Source: Escherichia phage 04086. From it: DNA of 64,000 nt. The DNA is taken from the sequence record OR842557, one strand, 5' to 3'. The notes under the pieces were generated by a model, which searched no databases, was not told the origin of the DNA, and saw only the letters and a list, made by a program, of their open reading frames with translations. Positions 1-12,447 of this stretch are shown here, in pieces; position 1 is the first letter of the stretch; every line of letters starts with the position of its first letter. Both the position numbers and the translations under genes were made by a program.

Positions 1-577
1 CCATACGTGTAACGATTTCACGAATATATTGGACTTGGCGTGGGTCTAAGCGACGAAGCTCTTGTACGCCATCTTTCATTTTTTTAGGGTTTATAATTTT
101 ATGAAAGAAAATTCTTGAGTCTACATACCAGCGTTGGAAATGGTCAGTGCCTTTACGTTGGAAATTTAAAAGGTTTAAAACTTCACTGAATTCGGCCAAG
201 ATTTTATCTTTAATTGCTTGACTAAATTCTGTCCCGTCTAAGTTCAATGCAACTACTTCTTTATCATCCTCATAGACAATAGCGTCAGACACAATTTCCT
301 GTACGGCGTTGTCGACTTCATAGTTGTTCATTAAATTACGGTAGGTATCAATAAGTTCCCTGGTATTTTTAACTTCAGGCTCATTACTACCAAACATCTG
401 TTGCATAAGAGCATTATAAGGAATATTTTGCTCTTGTGTCTCAATTTCGCGAGCGCCATCATCAAGCTTAGGTGCGGTGACAGACTCTAAATTGTTATTA
501 ATTTGTTGTTTATATTCTTTTTCGTCTTCATTAGCCCATGGCTTAAGAAAACTTAATATTGTATTAAAGTTTGCCAT
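1..577 (-). CDS. 20: portal vertex protein gp20, N-terminal part (gene continues past window start)
   Basis: Minus-strand ORF from ATG at 577-575 runs off the window edge; translation [20 protein letters not shown]...[15 protein letters not shown] resembles the T4 gp20 N-terminus; GGAG RBS upstream; follows gene 19 as in T4. Not in the ORF track because it is open-ended. Confidence 0.85.
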   Translation of the reverse strand, partial: MANFNTILSFLKPWANEDEKEYKQQINNNLESVTAPKLDDGAREIETQEQNIPYNALMQQMFGSNEPEVKNTRELIDTYRNLMNNYEVDNAVQEIVSDAIVYEDDKEVVALNLDGTEFSQAIKDKILAEFSEVLNLLNFQRKGTDHFQRWYVDSRIFFHKIINPKKMKDGVQELRRLDPRQVQYIREIVTRM

Positions 578-625
578 TAGAGTCTCCGATGAATGGGATA
601 AGGAGCCGAAGCTCCTTGATAATTC

Positions 626-633
626 TATTTATA
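626..633 (-). promoter_or_regulatory. T4-type late promoter (TATAAATA) upstream of gene 20
   Basis: Exact TATAAATA on the minus strand about 50 nt upstream of the gp20 ATG; a hairpin (aaggagcttcggctcctt, plus 601-617) lies in the leader. Confidence 0.55.
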
Positions 634-634
634 C

Positions 635-1156
635 TCATTCCCACCAATCGATAGCGAACGTACTTTCAAACGTTTCAACTTCGTTGTTCGAATCCCAATC
701 CATCTGGACTTCACCAACGTTAGTAGGCCATAAGCCGTAAATTGTAACTTCTTTGGTCACAGTCTTGCCGTCACGATGGAACTGGCGAACTACTGCTTGT
801 TTCTTATATTCTGCAGGTGCTGCACCGGTAATTTCATTGGTCATACCATGACAGAGATTCTGCCAATCAACAATTGCTTGACGAGTGTCATGTGCATCAT
901 CGTTATAAATGGTAATGGTCCAATCATCAAACGTACGGTCACCAGCTACGTTAATTTTACGGTTCATGTAGCCAACCGGTACTTTTTCTACAATGCCTGC
1001 TGGCATAGGTGCTGCTTTACATTTAAAGCTAAAGTTTTTACCAAGAAATGGAATTTCCACTTCGAAAAGGTTAGGGCGTGCAAAGTCACCTGACTCAAAT
1101 GCACGAGTGATATCTGTCAACTCCATGGGATGCCTCATAAGCCAGTTCCTGGACAC
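635..1156 (-). CDS. 19: tail tube protein gp19
   Basis: 173 aa; ...TRAFESGDFARPNLFEVEI...NRKINVAGDRTFDDW...GLWPTNVGE closely matches T4 gp19 as remembered; conserved position. Confidence 0.95.
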   Translation of the reverse strand: MSRNWLMRHPMELTDITRAFESGDFARPNLFEVEIPFLGKNFSFKCKAAPMPAGIVEKVPVGYMNRKINVAGDRTFDDWTITIYNDDAHDTRQAIVDWQNLCHGMTNEITGAAPAEYKKQAVVRQFHRDGKTVTKEVTIYGLWPTNVGEVQMDWDSNNEVETFESTFAIDWWE

Positions 1157-1178
1157 ACCAGGAACGTTCTGATTAATT

Positions 1179-1186
1179 TATTTATA
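1179..1186 (-). promoter_or_regulatory. T4-type late promoter (TATAAATA) upstream of gene 19
   Basis: Exact TATAAATA on the minus strand 23 nt upstream of the gp19 ATG. Confidence 0.6.
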
Positions 1187-1311
1187 ACAGTTGATAAATC
1201 ATATTCCTAAAGAATAATCAATCCCAGGCGCAATTCTACGTGATGTACGCTGTAACCAAACTCATGGTATAATGGTTTTAGGTTCTTTATATTACAGCCT
1301 GGGATAATAGA

Positions 1312-3688
1312 TTATACTAAAGGTCCAATCAATTCATCAAAATCAGCACCAGTGCTCGTTGCAACGAAGTTCAACGTGATGTAGTTAATAGAACGAGAAG
1401 GTTTAACATAGATATTAGCAATAAACTCATTACGGTCGATAACCGCAGGGGTGTTCACTGTAGTATCACAAACCACACGTCCTTCATAAATCCCACCAAG
1501 TGCCTTAATACCATCTAAGTACTGAGAAACTTCCATACGGAAGCTTGAACGAGTGAAGTTATCGTTCAATTCAAACAGTTTGTATTTAGAGGCATCACCG
1601 ATATTTTTCTTAAGCATGTTGAACAGACGGCGAACGTTAATATGGTCCATCGGAGATGGAACTTTAGTTGCAGTCTTATCACCAAACAATACGAAACCAT
1701 CGCCACCAGCAAAACCAACAACCGGGTTAATAGCTTCTTGGTACATGCGGTCACGTTGAGCTTGGCGTGGTTCAATTGCCAATTTCAGAACGTTAAGAAT
1801 CTGACCACGGTTATAACCAGCCGGAGACATCCAAGGCTGAGAAACATCATCTGTACGCGCACACAAACCAGCCATATCAGCGGCCAGAGGCACCCAACGG
1901 TTTACGTCATTATATTTGTCATACTGATATTTATAGTTACCATCAATAGCAGCATAAGTGGTGCTAATGTTCATGTTGTTGGTATCGAAAGTACCTGCAC
2001 CTGTACGCCAGTCAATAAGGTTATCTACTGCACGAGTCAATGGAACGTTAACCAACAGTCCTTTAGGAGGAGAAATAAAGGCTAAGCAATCTTGACGTTC
2101 ATCAGCAATGCTCACCACGTGTTTCTGAACGGTAGAAGCAACTTCATCGCCTTCACCAGCAACAGCACCAGCAATCAAAAGGTTAATATGGAGTGCTTCA
2201 CGGTCGGCAAACAAATCCCAACCCTGCATCAAATCACTTGCAGTAACCTGATCGTTAGCAGATACACCACCCATTAGATTAATGATACCACTGAAGCCTT
2301 TAGGCCAGTTCAAAGAGGTAGCAAAAATATAGTTAGAAGTACCTTTAGCGAAATAGTCGTCAAGATAAATGTTATTACCGTAAACGTCTTTTTCACCTTC
2401 TTTGGTAGAAAGTACGACAGATTCTACGATAGCGCCGTCACGACGAACAATAATCGCGTATTGGTCATCTGTTTGTGGGCCGTAATTAAATACCGCCTTG
2501 GCAATAGAAGCACGGGTACCACCGCCAGGATAAATATCCAGCATTTTAGAAGAACCAACATCATAAGCTGCTTTGGAAACGATTTCTACTTCTAAGGTGG
2601 AACCAATTTCGCCTGGATAAAGAGCAACTACGCCTGGCATAGCAAATTTCTTAAGAGATGCTTGGAATTCCAGGGAAGTAATAGCTTCTTCACTGTTCTC
2701 TGCTTCAGTTAAAAGAATACCTGAATCCGTAACAATTTTACCTACGGTAATAGTACCGGAAACACCAGAAGAAGCGGAAGTAACTTCAGCCGTCCAAGCC
2801 GGGCCCAGGGTAGGANCACGCCAGGCATACCAAACTGTTTAAGAGACGCTTGGAATTCTAGGGAAGTAATAGCTTCTTCACTGTTCTCTGCTTCGGTCAA
2901 AAGAATACCGGAATCGGTTACGATTTTACCAACGGTAATAGTACCAGAAACACCTGAAGAGGCAGAAGTTACTTCAGCAGTCCATGCCGGGCCGAGGTTC
3001 GGATACTGGTTTAAAGAACGTGCATAAGCAATAATTTTTGCTGATGGGATAAACACGGAAAGAATTTTACCATCCGTATCTACAGAAGTCACACGNCTTC
3101 AGTTAAAAGAATACCTGAATCCGTAACAATTTTACCTACGGTAATAGTACCGGAAACACCAGAAGAAGCGGAAGTAACTTCAGCCGTCCAAGCCGGGCCC
3201 AGGGTAGGATACTGGTTTAAAGAACGTGCATAAGCAATAATTTTTGCTGATGGGATAAACACGGAAAGAATTTTACCATCCGTATCTACAGAAGTCACAC
3301 GACCTTCAGATTCAACAACAGTTTGGTTGTGCTTGATATTAATTTTATCGCCTACTGCATAGTTAGAACCAGCCGTAGTAATAGTGGTTTCGATATTGCC
3401 TGCAACAGGAGATGCGTTTTTAGCGAATTCACGGTTAACAACACGAACAGTACGAAGGTCGTTACCATATTGGAGGAAGTTCATACCAGACATAAAATAA
3501 TCTGCCACTTCGTTGTTAGGACCTCCAAACAAATCCACCAGTTCAACTTCGTTAGTAATTTGAGTTACCTGGAAAGCAGGGCCCCACTGGAATTTACCAA
3601 CCAGCGCTGCACGACCCGTTGCGTTACGAACGACAGTACTCTGTACGGACGTTTCTTTGAGCTCAATGCCCGGTGATAATAAAGACAT
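1312..3688 (-). CDS. 18: tail sheath protein gp18 (reading frame broken by an assembly-artifact block at 2817-3219)
   Basis: N-terminus MSLLSPGIELKETSVQSTVV and C-terminal 442 aa match T4 gp18. Joining 1312-2816 to 3220-3688 gives an uninterrupted 657-aa protein (T4 gp18 is 659 aa). Confidence 0.9.
2817..3219. repeat. N-flanked duplicated block (assembly artifact; divergent second haplotype of the gp18 segment)
   Basis: N at 2817 and 3097; 3098-3219 repeats 2695-2816 exactly; 2818-3096 is a roughly 90 percent identical variant of the following gp18 segment. Confidence 0.75.
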
Positions 3689-3717
3689 TTTGAATCCTCT
3701 TGGTTATGCTTTATTGT

Positions 3718-6027
<2,310 letters not shown>

Positions 6028-6031
<4 letters not shown>

Positions 6032-6894
6032 GGGTTTCTCCTTGGTGCTGGAGGCGCTGGCTCGACAGGCACTGGAATATCTTGTGAATATGTTTGAACG
6101 GAACTTCCATCCCATTCTTTTTCTTCTATACCTCTAGGAACCACTTCGCTATCAACCGATTCGAAATTACCTTCAGGAGCGAGTTCCTTTGAGTTAGCAA
6201 AGAAATCAAGATAAATGGTTTTAATTTCGCCTTCCATTTCTTTAACTGGAGGATATAACCACCCGTTAACCTCAAACATCATAGACCATTCTAAGCGACG
6301 ACGCGAAGTGGTATCACCTTCTAATTGTTCGTCCATTGCAATAGACTGGAACACAATACGAATATCACGGTCAAATTTAATCTCGTTTGTATAGAGTTCG
6401 GTAATTGTAGTATTAAAATGAGGTTGGAAATAAGGCATAATCTGTTCCACAATTTGGAACATATCATCTTGGGTTCTAGTGTAAATACCCAGTTCGAAAA
6501 TCATTTTTACTGGAGTAGGAGAATATTGGCTAACTCGTTTTCTCGGGTCACCATTCTCAAATTGAATTTGTGTTCTGTTCTGAAGAGCCGTTTTGTATTG
6601 TGAGTTATAAAGCATATCAACCATTTGAAGGTTCATACGTGGAAGAACTGTTTCCACTTTAGCTTTTTGTTCAGCTCGTTCTTTAGGAGACATATTAGGG
6701 TTTGGAATATTCTGTACTGCCGTCCATTTACCCAAATTTGCCATAAATCTTTCTTTAGAAGCATACGTAATAGGAACTTTAATAAATTTAAGCCCCGTAT
6801 CTTCTCTTTGACGTGCTACTTGAACATGGGAAAATAAATCACCCATCAAAACAATATAGCGACGTAGCGAACTATTATACCAATGTCCAAACAT
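6028..6894 (-). CDS. 15: tail sheath stabiliser / tail completion protein gp15
   Basis: Start at the Met of [13 protein letters not shown] (T4 gp15 begins MFGYFYNSS), preceded by AGGAGG; the ORF-track start at 6918 lies inside a hairpin. Confidence 0.85.
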
Positions 6895-6932
6895 CAAACC
6901 TCCTAAATGGCGCACCATGCGCCATGTATTAT

Positions 6933-7706
6933 TTAATCATCTAAAAAAGCATCATCAAATGCTGTAGGAGGAGCATCCTCTCCTCGTCCATTAATTACAA
7001 CATAAGGATGTACGAATTCAGCCGCTTCAGCATTAATCTCATTGACCTCTTCGTATTGAATGTCAGAGATATCAGCCAACCCGTCGATATTCTTAACAGG
7101 CATTAAATCAAGCTCACTAAATTCAGGAATATTAATACCTTCATTTCTCTGTAATTCAGGACGAAGTTCTTCACCATTATAAATGAACTTGGTAGCAGTG
7201 ATTCGACGCTGGACGTTAGCTCCTACTTGATAGAATGGGTCGTAAGGTTGAACCCAGTTAATTTCGAATAGGCTGTTGTCCATTGGGAAATAAATCAAGT
7301 CGCCTGAAACAGGTTCAGTGCCATTGCATTGATGTTTAAAAAGGTTAGGGTTAATTGTGATTGTTACTTCATCATTAACCATCATACCGAACTTACTGAA
7401 ATAAGTATTGTCACCGGAATAACCTTCAAAGGAATCCAAATAACCTGCAAATTTCCAGGCTTTAGTAAATTTGTTCTGAAGGTCTTCGCCAAATAGCTGG
7501 TCTGGTTTAACGTATTCACGTGGTATATAATAAAGCTCAATACCACGCATTTGAATAGACTCAGCAACTAAAGCATCAGCCAATGTTTGGGTATTCTCAT
7601 GCTTGTAGAAGTTGACGAACGGGTTCATTATTTCAGTTTCGTTCGTATTAGCATAGCCAGTATTATCTTCTAGCTTGGCGAATAAACTCGAATCGAAAGT
7701 AGCCAT
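6933..7706 (-). CDS. 14: neck protein gp14
   Basis: 257 aa; size and position as T4 gp14 (256 aa). Confidence 0.85.
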   Translation of the reverse strand: MATFDSSLFAKLEDNTGYANTNETEIMNPFVNFYKHENTQTLADALVAESIQMRGIELYYIPREYVKPDQLFGEDLQNKFTKAWKFAGYLDSFEGYSGDNTYFSKFGMMVNDEVTITINPNLFKHQCNGTEPVSGDLIYFPMDNSLFEINWVQPYDPFYQVGANVQRRITATKFIYNGEELRPELQRNEGINIPEFSELDLMPVKNIDGLADISDIQYEEVNEINAEAAEFVHPYVVINGRGEDAPPTAFDDAFLDD

Positions 7707-7708
7707 AA

Positions 7709-8641
7709 TTATCCAATTAAAATAGGTGTTGGTGGGTCGAGCAAATCCAATTCTTCGCGAAGTCGTTCTTTTTCTAAACGAGCTTCTTCAATCAATCGAA
7801 TGCCATCTACAGTGGTTCCACCCGCAAGTTGCATGCCTTGATGTTTGGCCAAAATATTACCATTGACTTCTTTAACCAATGCAGTAGCATAATCTTTAAC
7901 CCAACGGTTATTATATGCACCATCTTGAAGCCCAAGGTCCTCACCCACACGCATACCAGAAATACGACGCGCAGGGTTATCCCAAATAGCACCAGGACTC
8001 CATGCATCTTCACCACAAGCTGAAGCATAACCATATCCTACAGTATTTCCTACCATAGAATCGACCCCATTAAAAGAGCGAGTATAAACTTCAATTACAA
8101 TAAAATCGCCTTTAACAAAGTTACCCATTACCTTCAACTGTTCAGTGGCATCGTTATACCAATAATCAGGTAGTGGAACCAAAAGGTCCTGCATCATAGA
8201 ACGATATTGCATTAGTTGGGTAAAATAACCAAGGTCGGCGCCGAAGGCATTAGGTCCAAAACTGTTACATGAAGACCCTAACCCACCGTTAATACCTGCT
8301 AAGCCTAATACAAAATCAGTAAACCATGGATAAGTTGCTTGCCCGTCCATAGAAGTCAAAGAACCTACATTGGTTCTCAAAATTTGTGTCACCGCAAATA
8401 TATTACGTCCTTTAAGGTCAAATACACCATTACGGAATTTTTCTTCATCGTCATGACCTATATAAAAAGCCTGATAACCTTTGTTATACCCGTTATAATG
8501 ATACTCACCATAGAGCTCTAGGGCTCGCTGGATGCAATCGTATACTTGGTCTGTAGTTACTTCAATATTTGTAATCGGCGCACCCAGGCGGCGCAGAATA
8601 GCGTCCTTGAGTTGCTTAGGGTTAAATGATTCACTTGCCAT
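7709..8641 (-). CDS. 13: neck protein gp13
   Basis: 310 aa; size and position as T4 gp13 (309 aa). Confidence 0.85.
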   Translation of the reverse strand: MASESFNPKQLKDAILRRLGAPITNIEVTTDQVYDCIQRALELYGEYHYNGYNKGYQAFYIGHDDEEKFRNGVFDLKGRNIFAVTQILRTNVGSLTSMDGQATYPWFTDFVLGLAGINGGLGSSCNSFGPNAFGADLGYFTQLMQYRSMMQDLLVPLPDYWYNDATEQLKVMGNFVKGDFIVIEVYTRSFNGVDSMVGNTVGYGYASACGEDAWSPGAIWDNPARRISGMRVGEDLGLQDGAYNNRWVKDYATALVKEVNGNILAKHQGMQLAGGTTVDGIRLIEEARLEKERLREELDLLDPPTPILIG

Positions 8642-8662
8642 GTTTTATTCCTCTAATAACCG

Positions 8663-8670
8663 TATTTATA
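8663..8670 (-). promoter_or_regulatory. T4-type late promoter (TATAAATA) upstream of gene 13
   Basis: Exact TATAAATA on the minus strand 22 nt upstream of the gp13 ATG. Confidence 0.6.
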
Positions 8671-8692
8671 GCAAAAAAGGGCCGAAGCCCTT
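8671..8692 (-). terminator. intrinsic terminator after wac
   Basis: Minus-strand hairpin aagggc-ttcg-gccctt followed by a T-run, just past the wac stop. Confidence 0.55.
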
Positions 8693-8695
8693 TTA

Positions 8696-10240
8696 TTATG
8701 GCGCCGGGTTTAAAGTCACAAAATCCGACAATAGAACCCATGCATTATCAACCAGAACATACGGAAGTCCGTCAGCCGCAGGAGCAACAGGAGGGCGTTT
8801 AGCCAACTCGGTTTCTAGCGCAGTGATTTTACCTTCAGCCTCCAATAAAGAAGCTTTGACTGTATCAATTTCTGTAGTGCCAAGGATTTCAGCCCAAGCC
8901 GCATCTTTACGTCCGTATAATTTACCATCAGCAGGAGCATCACCCAATTTAGTAGGCATTTGAGCTTCAAGGCCTTTAACAGAGTTTATTAACCCTCGTT
9001 CTTCTACAGTGCCACCGTTAGGGTTTGTTCCTTCAATTTGGTTGGTAATTTTAAGAATAGAACCTTTAATACCCGTTTGGTTATTACCAATTTCAGCCTG
9101 TAAATCCTGAATGGTTGAGGCTGAAGTATTACCTTGAGTCGTAAGGTCATTCAAACGTTTATTAATTGTTCCTGCAGCCGGACTTACATCAGCACCAATT
9201 TTACGGTCTATATCGGAAACCTGGAAACGAAGCCCTTCAGACGAACTAGCACCTACTATAGTTTTTAGTTCATTAACATCGGTACGTAAGCCACCTAATC
9301 TACCATTAATAGAAGTAGGGGTGCCTGCCTCGCCGATAGCGGTTTCCACTGCAGTAACTCTAGGGGTCAAACCGTTATTAACAGTGTTTTCTAAAGTGGA
9401 AGTTTTAGTTTCCAGCGTGGTTACTCTTGTATCAATAGGGCCTTTATTAAAACCTATACTGGTTTTGATAGAATCTATTGATTCGTTAAAGCTTACAGCA
9501 GCAGTTTCAAGAGTGGAAATCCTGGTATACGCCGGTTGTTTACCTATGGTATCGATATGAGGGCCGAGTTCTTCACGAATTTCGTTAATCTTAAGCCCAA
9601 GTTGCCCTACATCAGAATCTTCGTAATTCTTTTCAAGGGTATCTATACGTTGTGAATGGTCGACAATAACACTGGTATTATCCATAATGCGACGTTTCAT
9701 GCCGGTGGCTTCAGAAGTTTCACCTGGAGGAAGCGGTTGGCTGTTTATATCCTGGTTCGCATAATGACCAATTTCAGATTTAAGAAGATTTATATTTTCT
9801 CTGACGGTTAGATAAGTCCCGTCTAAAGCCGGGTCATAATAACCTACATCTTCTTCTAAAAAATTAAAATTAACGGTTAAGTCACCTAATTCTTGTTTAG
9901 TTTCGGAAGCCTTTTCATCCACAGCCAGTATATCGACACGGTTCTTTTCAATTTGCTGAATAACCGCCGTATCAGTAGAAATATCTAGGGCTTCATTAAT
10001 CAAATTAACGTTATCCACAAGCTCGTTAATTTTGTCTTTAGAAGCTATACTGTTTTCTTCTAATCTAACTACGTTGGTTTGTACTCCTAAAGCAGGGGCA
10101 TTCAAATTACCGTCGTGACCGTATTTAGTCGTGGCTCCTTCAATACATTCTCCATTGCGTATCCAACGGATACGCTCTTGGGATGCATCGGGTACACCAT
10201 CGACAAACGGAAGTTCTTTAATACTCAGTTTGTCAATCAT
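8696..10240 (-). CDS. wac: fibritin (whisker) wac
   Basis: 514 aa; N-terminus ...LPFVDGVPDASQERIRWIRNGE, coiled-coil body, C-terminal foldon-like DGLPYVLVDNAWVLLSDF, comparable to T4 fibritin. Confidence 0.9.
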   Translation of the reverse strand: MIDKLSIKELPFVDGVPDASQERIRWIRNGECIEGATTKYGHDGNLNAPALGVQTNVVRLEENSIASKDKINELVDNVNLINEALDISTDTAVIQQIEKNRVDILAVDEKASETKQELGDLTVNFNFLEEDVGYYDPALDGTYLTVRENINLLKSEIGHYANQDINSQPLPPGETSEATGMKRRIMDNTSVIVDHSQRIDTLEKNYEDSDVGQLGLKINEIREELGPHIDTIGKQPAYTRISTLETAAVSFNESIDSIKTSIGFNKGPIDTRVTTLETKTSTLENTVNNGLTPRVTAVETAIGEAGTPTSINGRLGGLRTDVNELKTIVGASSSEGLRFQVSDIDRKIGADVSPAAGTINKRLNDLTTQGNTSASTIQDLQAEIGNNQTGIKGSILKITNQIEGTNPNGGTVEERGLINSVKGLEAQMPTKLGDAPADGKLYGRKDAAWAEILGTTEIDTVKASLLEAEGKITALETELAKRPPVAPAADGLPYVLVDNAWVLLSDFVTLNPAP

Positions 10241-10249
10241 TTTATTTCC

Positions 10250-11782
10250 TTAAGCAACTTTAATAATGAATAGGATGGACATAGTCCAAGGACGGTTTTC
10301 GTTACCAACCAACCCTTCGCTGTTTAGAGTAGTTCTTGAATCTCGTGAACCTGAACCGTCAATTTCATATCCTTCGTTTGTAAAGTAAGAACGGTTATCC
10401 CAGTCCAGCCCTTTACGAGTACCTGCAAAGTTGGAACGAACGGTATTACCAAATGCACCTGCGTTGTCGTGTTCGCCAAAACCACCAGCGTGTTTATGGA
10501 AACGAAGCTGCTGGGCTTGTACAGTGCCATGGCCATATGAGCCGCAACCCACGCCTAATTTAGGTTTACCTTTGGCATCATTACCTTTGGCATCTCTAAT
10601 TCTAACGTTGGCATCCCATTCTCTTAATCCACCGTCGTTAGTCTGGTTTGCACCTCTAGGATATAATCCACGGAAATCAGGACGAGCGCCAGTTGAACCC
10701 CATTTACTACCAACTACATTTCGGAATCCTTGTTCACCAGAGTTACCACCATCACAAACAGCCCAACCTGCAGGGATATTATTAATCTGGCCTCCCCACA
10801 TAACAATAGTACCGATAGGGACAGAATCTTTTAATTGGTCGATAGTAACAACATCACGCCCATTGCGACGTAAAGTACCGTTAACGTTTAAAGTACCATT
10901 AATGGTGCCGCCTGTGGTAGAAATAACGTTAGCATTATATGCCAATGCAGTATTCCCATCACCAGAACCAACCGTAGTCGATAATTTAACAACACCCAAC
11001 CTTCCAGTAGTACCAGTACGAGAAAGAAGAGTTGAAGGAGATAAAGCTATATTAGAATCACTGCCAGCAGAAGCTTCTTGCGGGGTGGCCAATCTAATAA
11101 TACCTGCTCGTCCTTGGGTAGAAGTTAAAGATTTTAGCCCAGAAGGAGAAATTGCCACACCATTAGTCAATGTACCATTTGCCACTTCAGCATTTGTTGC
11201 AATTCTAACAATACCTTCAGTAGTTTGAGTAGCACTTGAATAAGTTGGTAATGCCGATGTAGCAGCGCCAATTGCCTGGGCGGTTTTCAGAGGTGTCATT
11301 GCCGTTGTATCATCTGTACCTGCTAGAGCAGCCGGCAGGGTTGAAATCTTGAGTACGCCTGTAGTGTTCTCTGTGGCTAAACGATTGGTGAATGTATAAT
11401 CTATAGTAGCTTTCAAAGACGATGCTACGATTGCAGCCTGGGTTTCTGTTCCGGCAATGGCTTCACCATTAGTGGCATAACGGGTGATACCTACATAAGT
11501 TTCTGTTGCTTGAGTAGGAATATCTAAACGGCCTTTTAAAGTGGCCGGAGTTACTGCAGAGAAAGTATCGGTGCCATCAATAACTTCTTGTTGGGTCGCT
11601 AATCTAATAATACCCTGTTCTGTTTCAGAAGCTGAAGGTATATTACCTGTAACACCTATAGCGGAAATAGACGCCAATGCATCCTGGACATTAGTAATAG
11701 AGGGGTCAAAATTCGACCCAGTAGGGTCGAATGTTTTAAATTCTGATTTATCACTTATGTGTTTTAGTGTATTTGTAGACAT
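10250..11782 (-). CDS. 12: short tail fibre gp12
   Basis: 510 aa; MSTNTLKHISDKSEFKTFDPTGSNFDP...GVGCGSYGHGTVQAQQLRFHKHAGGFGEHDNAGAFGNT...NRPW matches T4 gp12. Confidence 0.9.
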   Translation of the reverse strand: MSTNTLKHISDKSEFKTFDPTGSNFDPSITNVQDALASISAIGVTGNIPSASETEQGIIRLATQQEVIDGTDTFSAVTPATLKGRLDIPTQATETYVGITRYATNGEAIAGTETQAAIVASSLKATIDYTFTNRLATENTTGVLKISTLPAALAGTDDTTAMTPLKTAQAIGAATSALPTYSSATQTTEGIVRIATNAEVANGTLTNGVAISPSGLKSLTSTQGRAGIIRLATPQEASAGSDSNIALSPSTLLSRTGTTGRLGVVKLSTTVGSGDGNTALAYNANVISTTGGTINGTLNVNGTLRRNGRDVVTIDQLKDSVPIGTIVMWGGQINNIPAGWAVCDGGNSGEQGFRNVVGSKWGSTGARPDFRGLYPRGANQTNDGGLREWDANVRIRDAKGNDAKGKPKLGVGCGSYGHGTVQAQQLRFHKHAGGFGEHDNAGAFGNTVRSNFAGTRKGLDWDNRSYFTNEGYEIDGSGSRDSRTTLNSEGLVGNENRPWTMSILFIIKVA

Positions 11783-12447
11783 TAACTTACTCGCTTATAG
11801 TGATATAAGGTTGTTGTTCCATTTACGGTTCCACCTGTCATAGATTCTGTAGTAGAACCTAAATATTCCCAGTATCCATAACCTGCACGAGGCTGTTGAA
11901 CTATAGTCTGAGAAATGGTGCATCCTGCTTGTTTAAATGGCTCAAAAATATGGTTTTGGTAGTCGTTATATTTAATGTTTAAAGTAGACTGGTCTAGAGG
12001 GTCGATAGACGTTTCTGCCAAAATATAACTATCGGCAATAGCGCTTATAAAAGCATCGTTAACTTTAGAAGCAACCAGGACCGAAGAATCACCCACAATA
12101 ACTTCAACAGGCAAACCGAATACCTTAATAATAACCGTATCGCCTAATTCGCCGCCAGAAGAAATGGAGCCGGAGAAAGTTAATTTATCTGATTGTTGAA
12201 TAAAGCCAGGTGCCCTGTTTTCAGTAGTAGTTACCACTGCATTGACAGGAAGTTCTGCACGGAAAGCAATATCATCAATAGCACTTTGGACCGTAGGGTA
12301 ATAAACACCTTTTTGGGTTTGGTTTGCCGATGGACCACCAATAGGGCGTTGACCTGCCACTGCGGCAGGCTGATTAGTTGTAAAAGAAAATTCTAAAAAG
12401 TCGGCAAGGCGGGATTTTAACCCGCTTTTCATTTCTGTTAAAGTCAT
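11782..12447 (-). CDS. 11: baseplate wedge protein gp11
   Basis: 221 aa (T4 gp11 219 aa); conserved position between gp10 and gp12. Confidence 0.85.
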   Translation of the reverse strand: MTLTEMKSGLKSRLADFLEFSFTTNQPAAVAGQRPIGGPSANQTQKGVYYPTVQSAIDDIAFRAELPVNAVVTTTENRAPGFIQQSDKLTFSGSISSGGELGDTVIIKVFGLPVEVIVGDSSVLVASKVNDAFISAIADSYILAETSIDPLDQSTLNIKYNDYQNHIFEPFKQAGCTISQTIVQQPRAGYGYWEYLGSTTESMTGGTVNGTTTLYHYKRVS

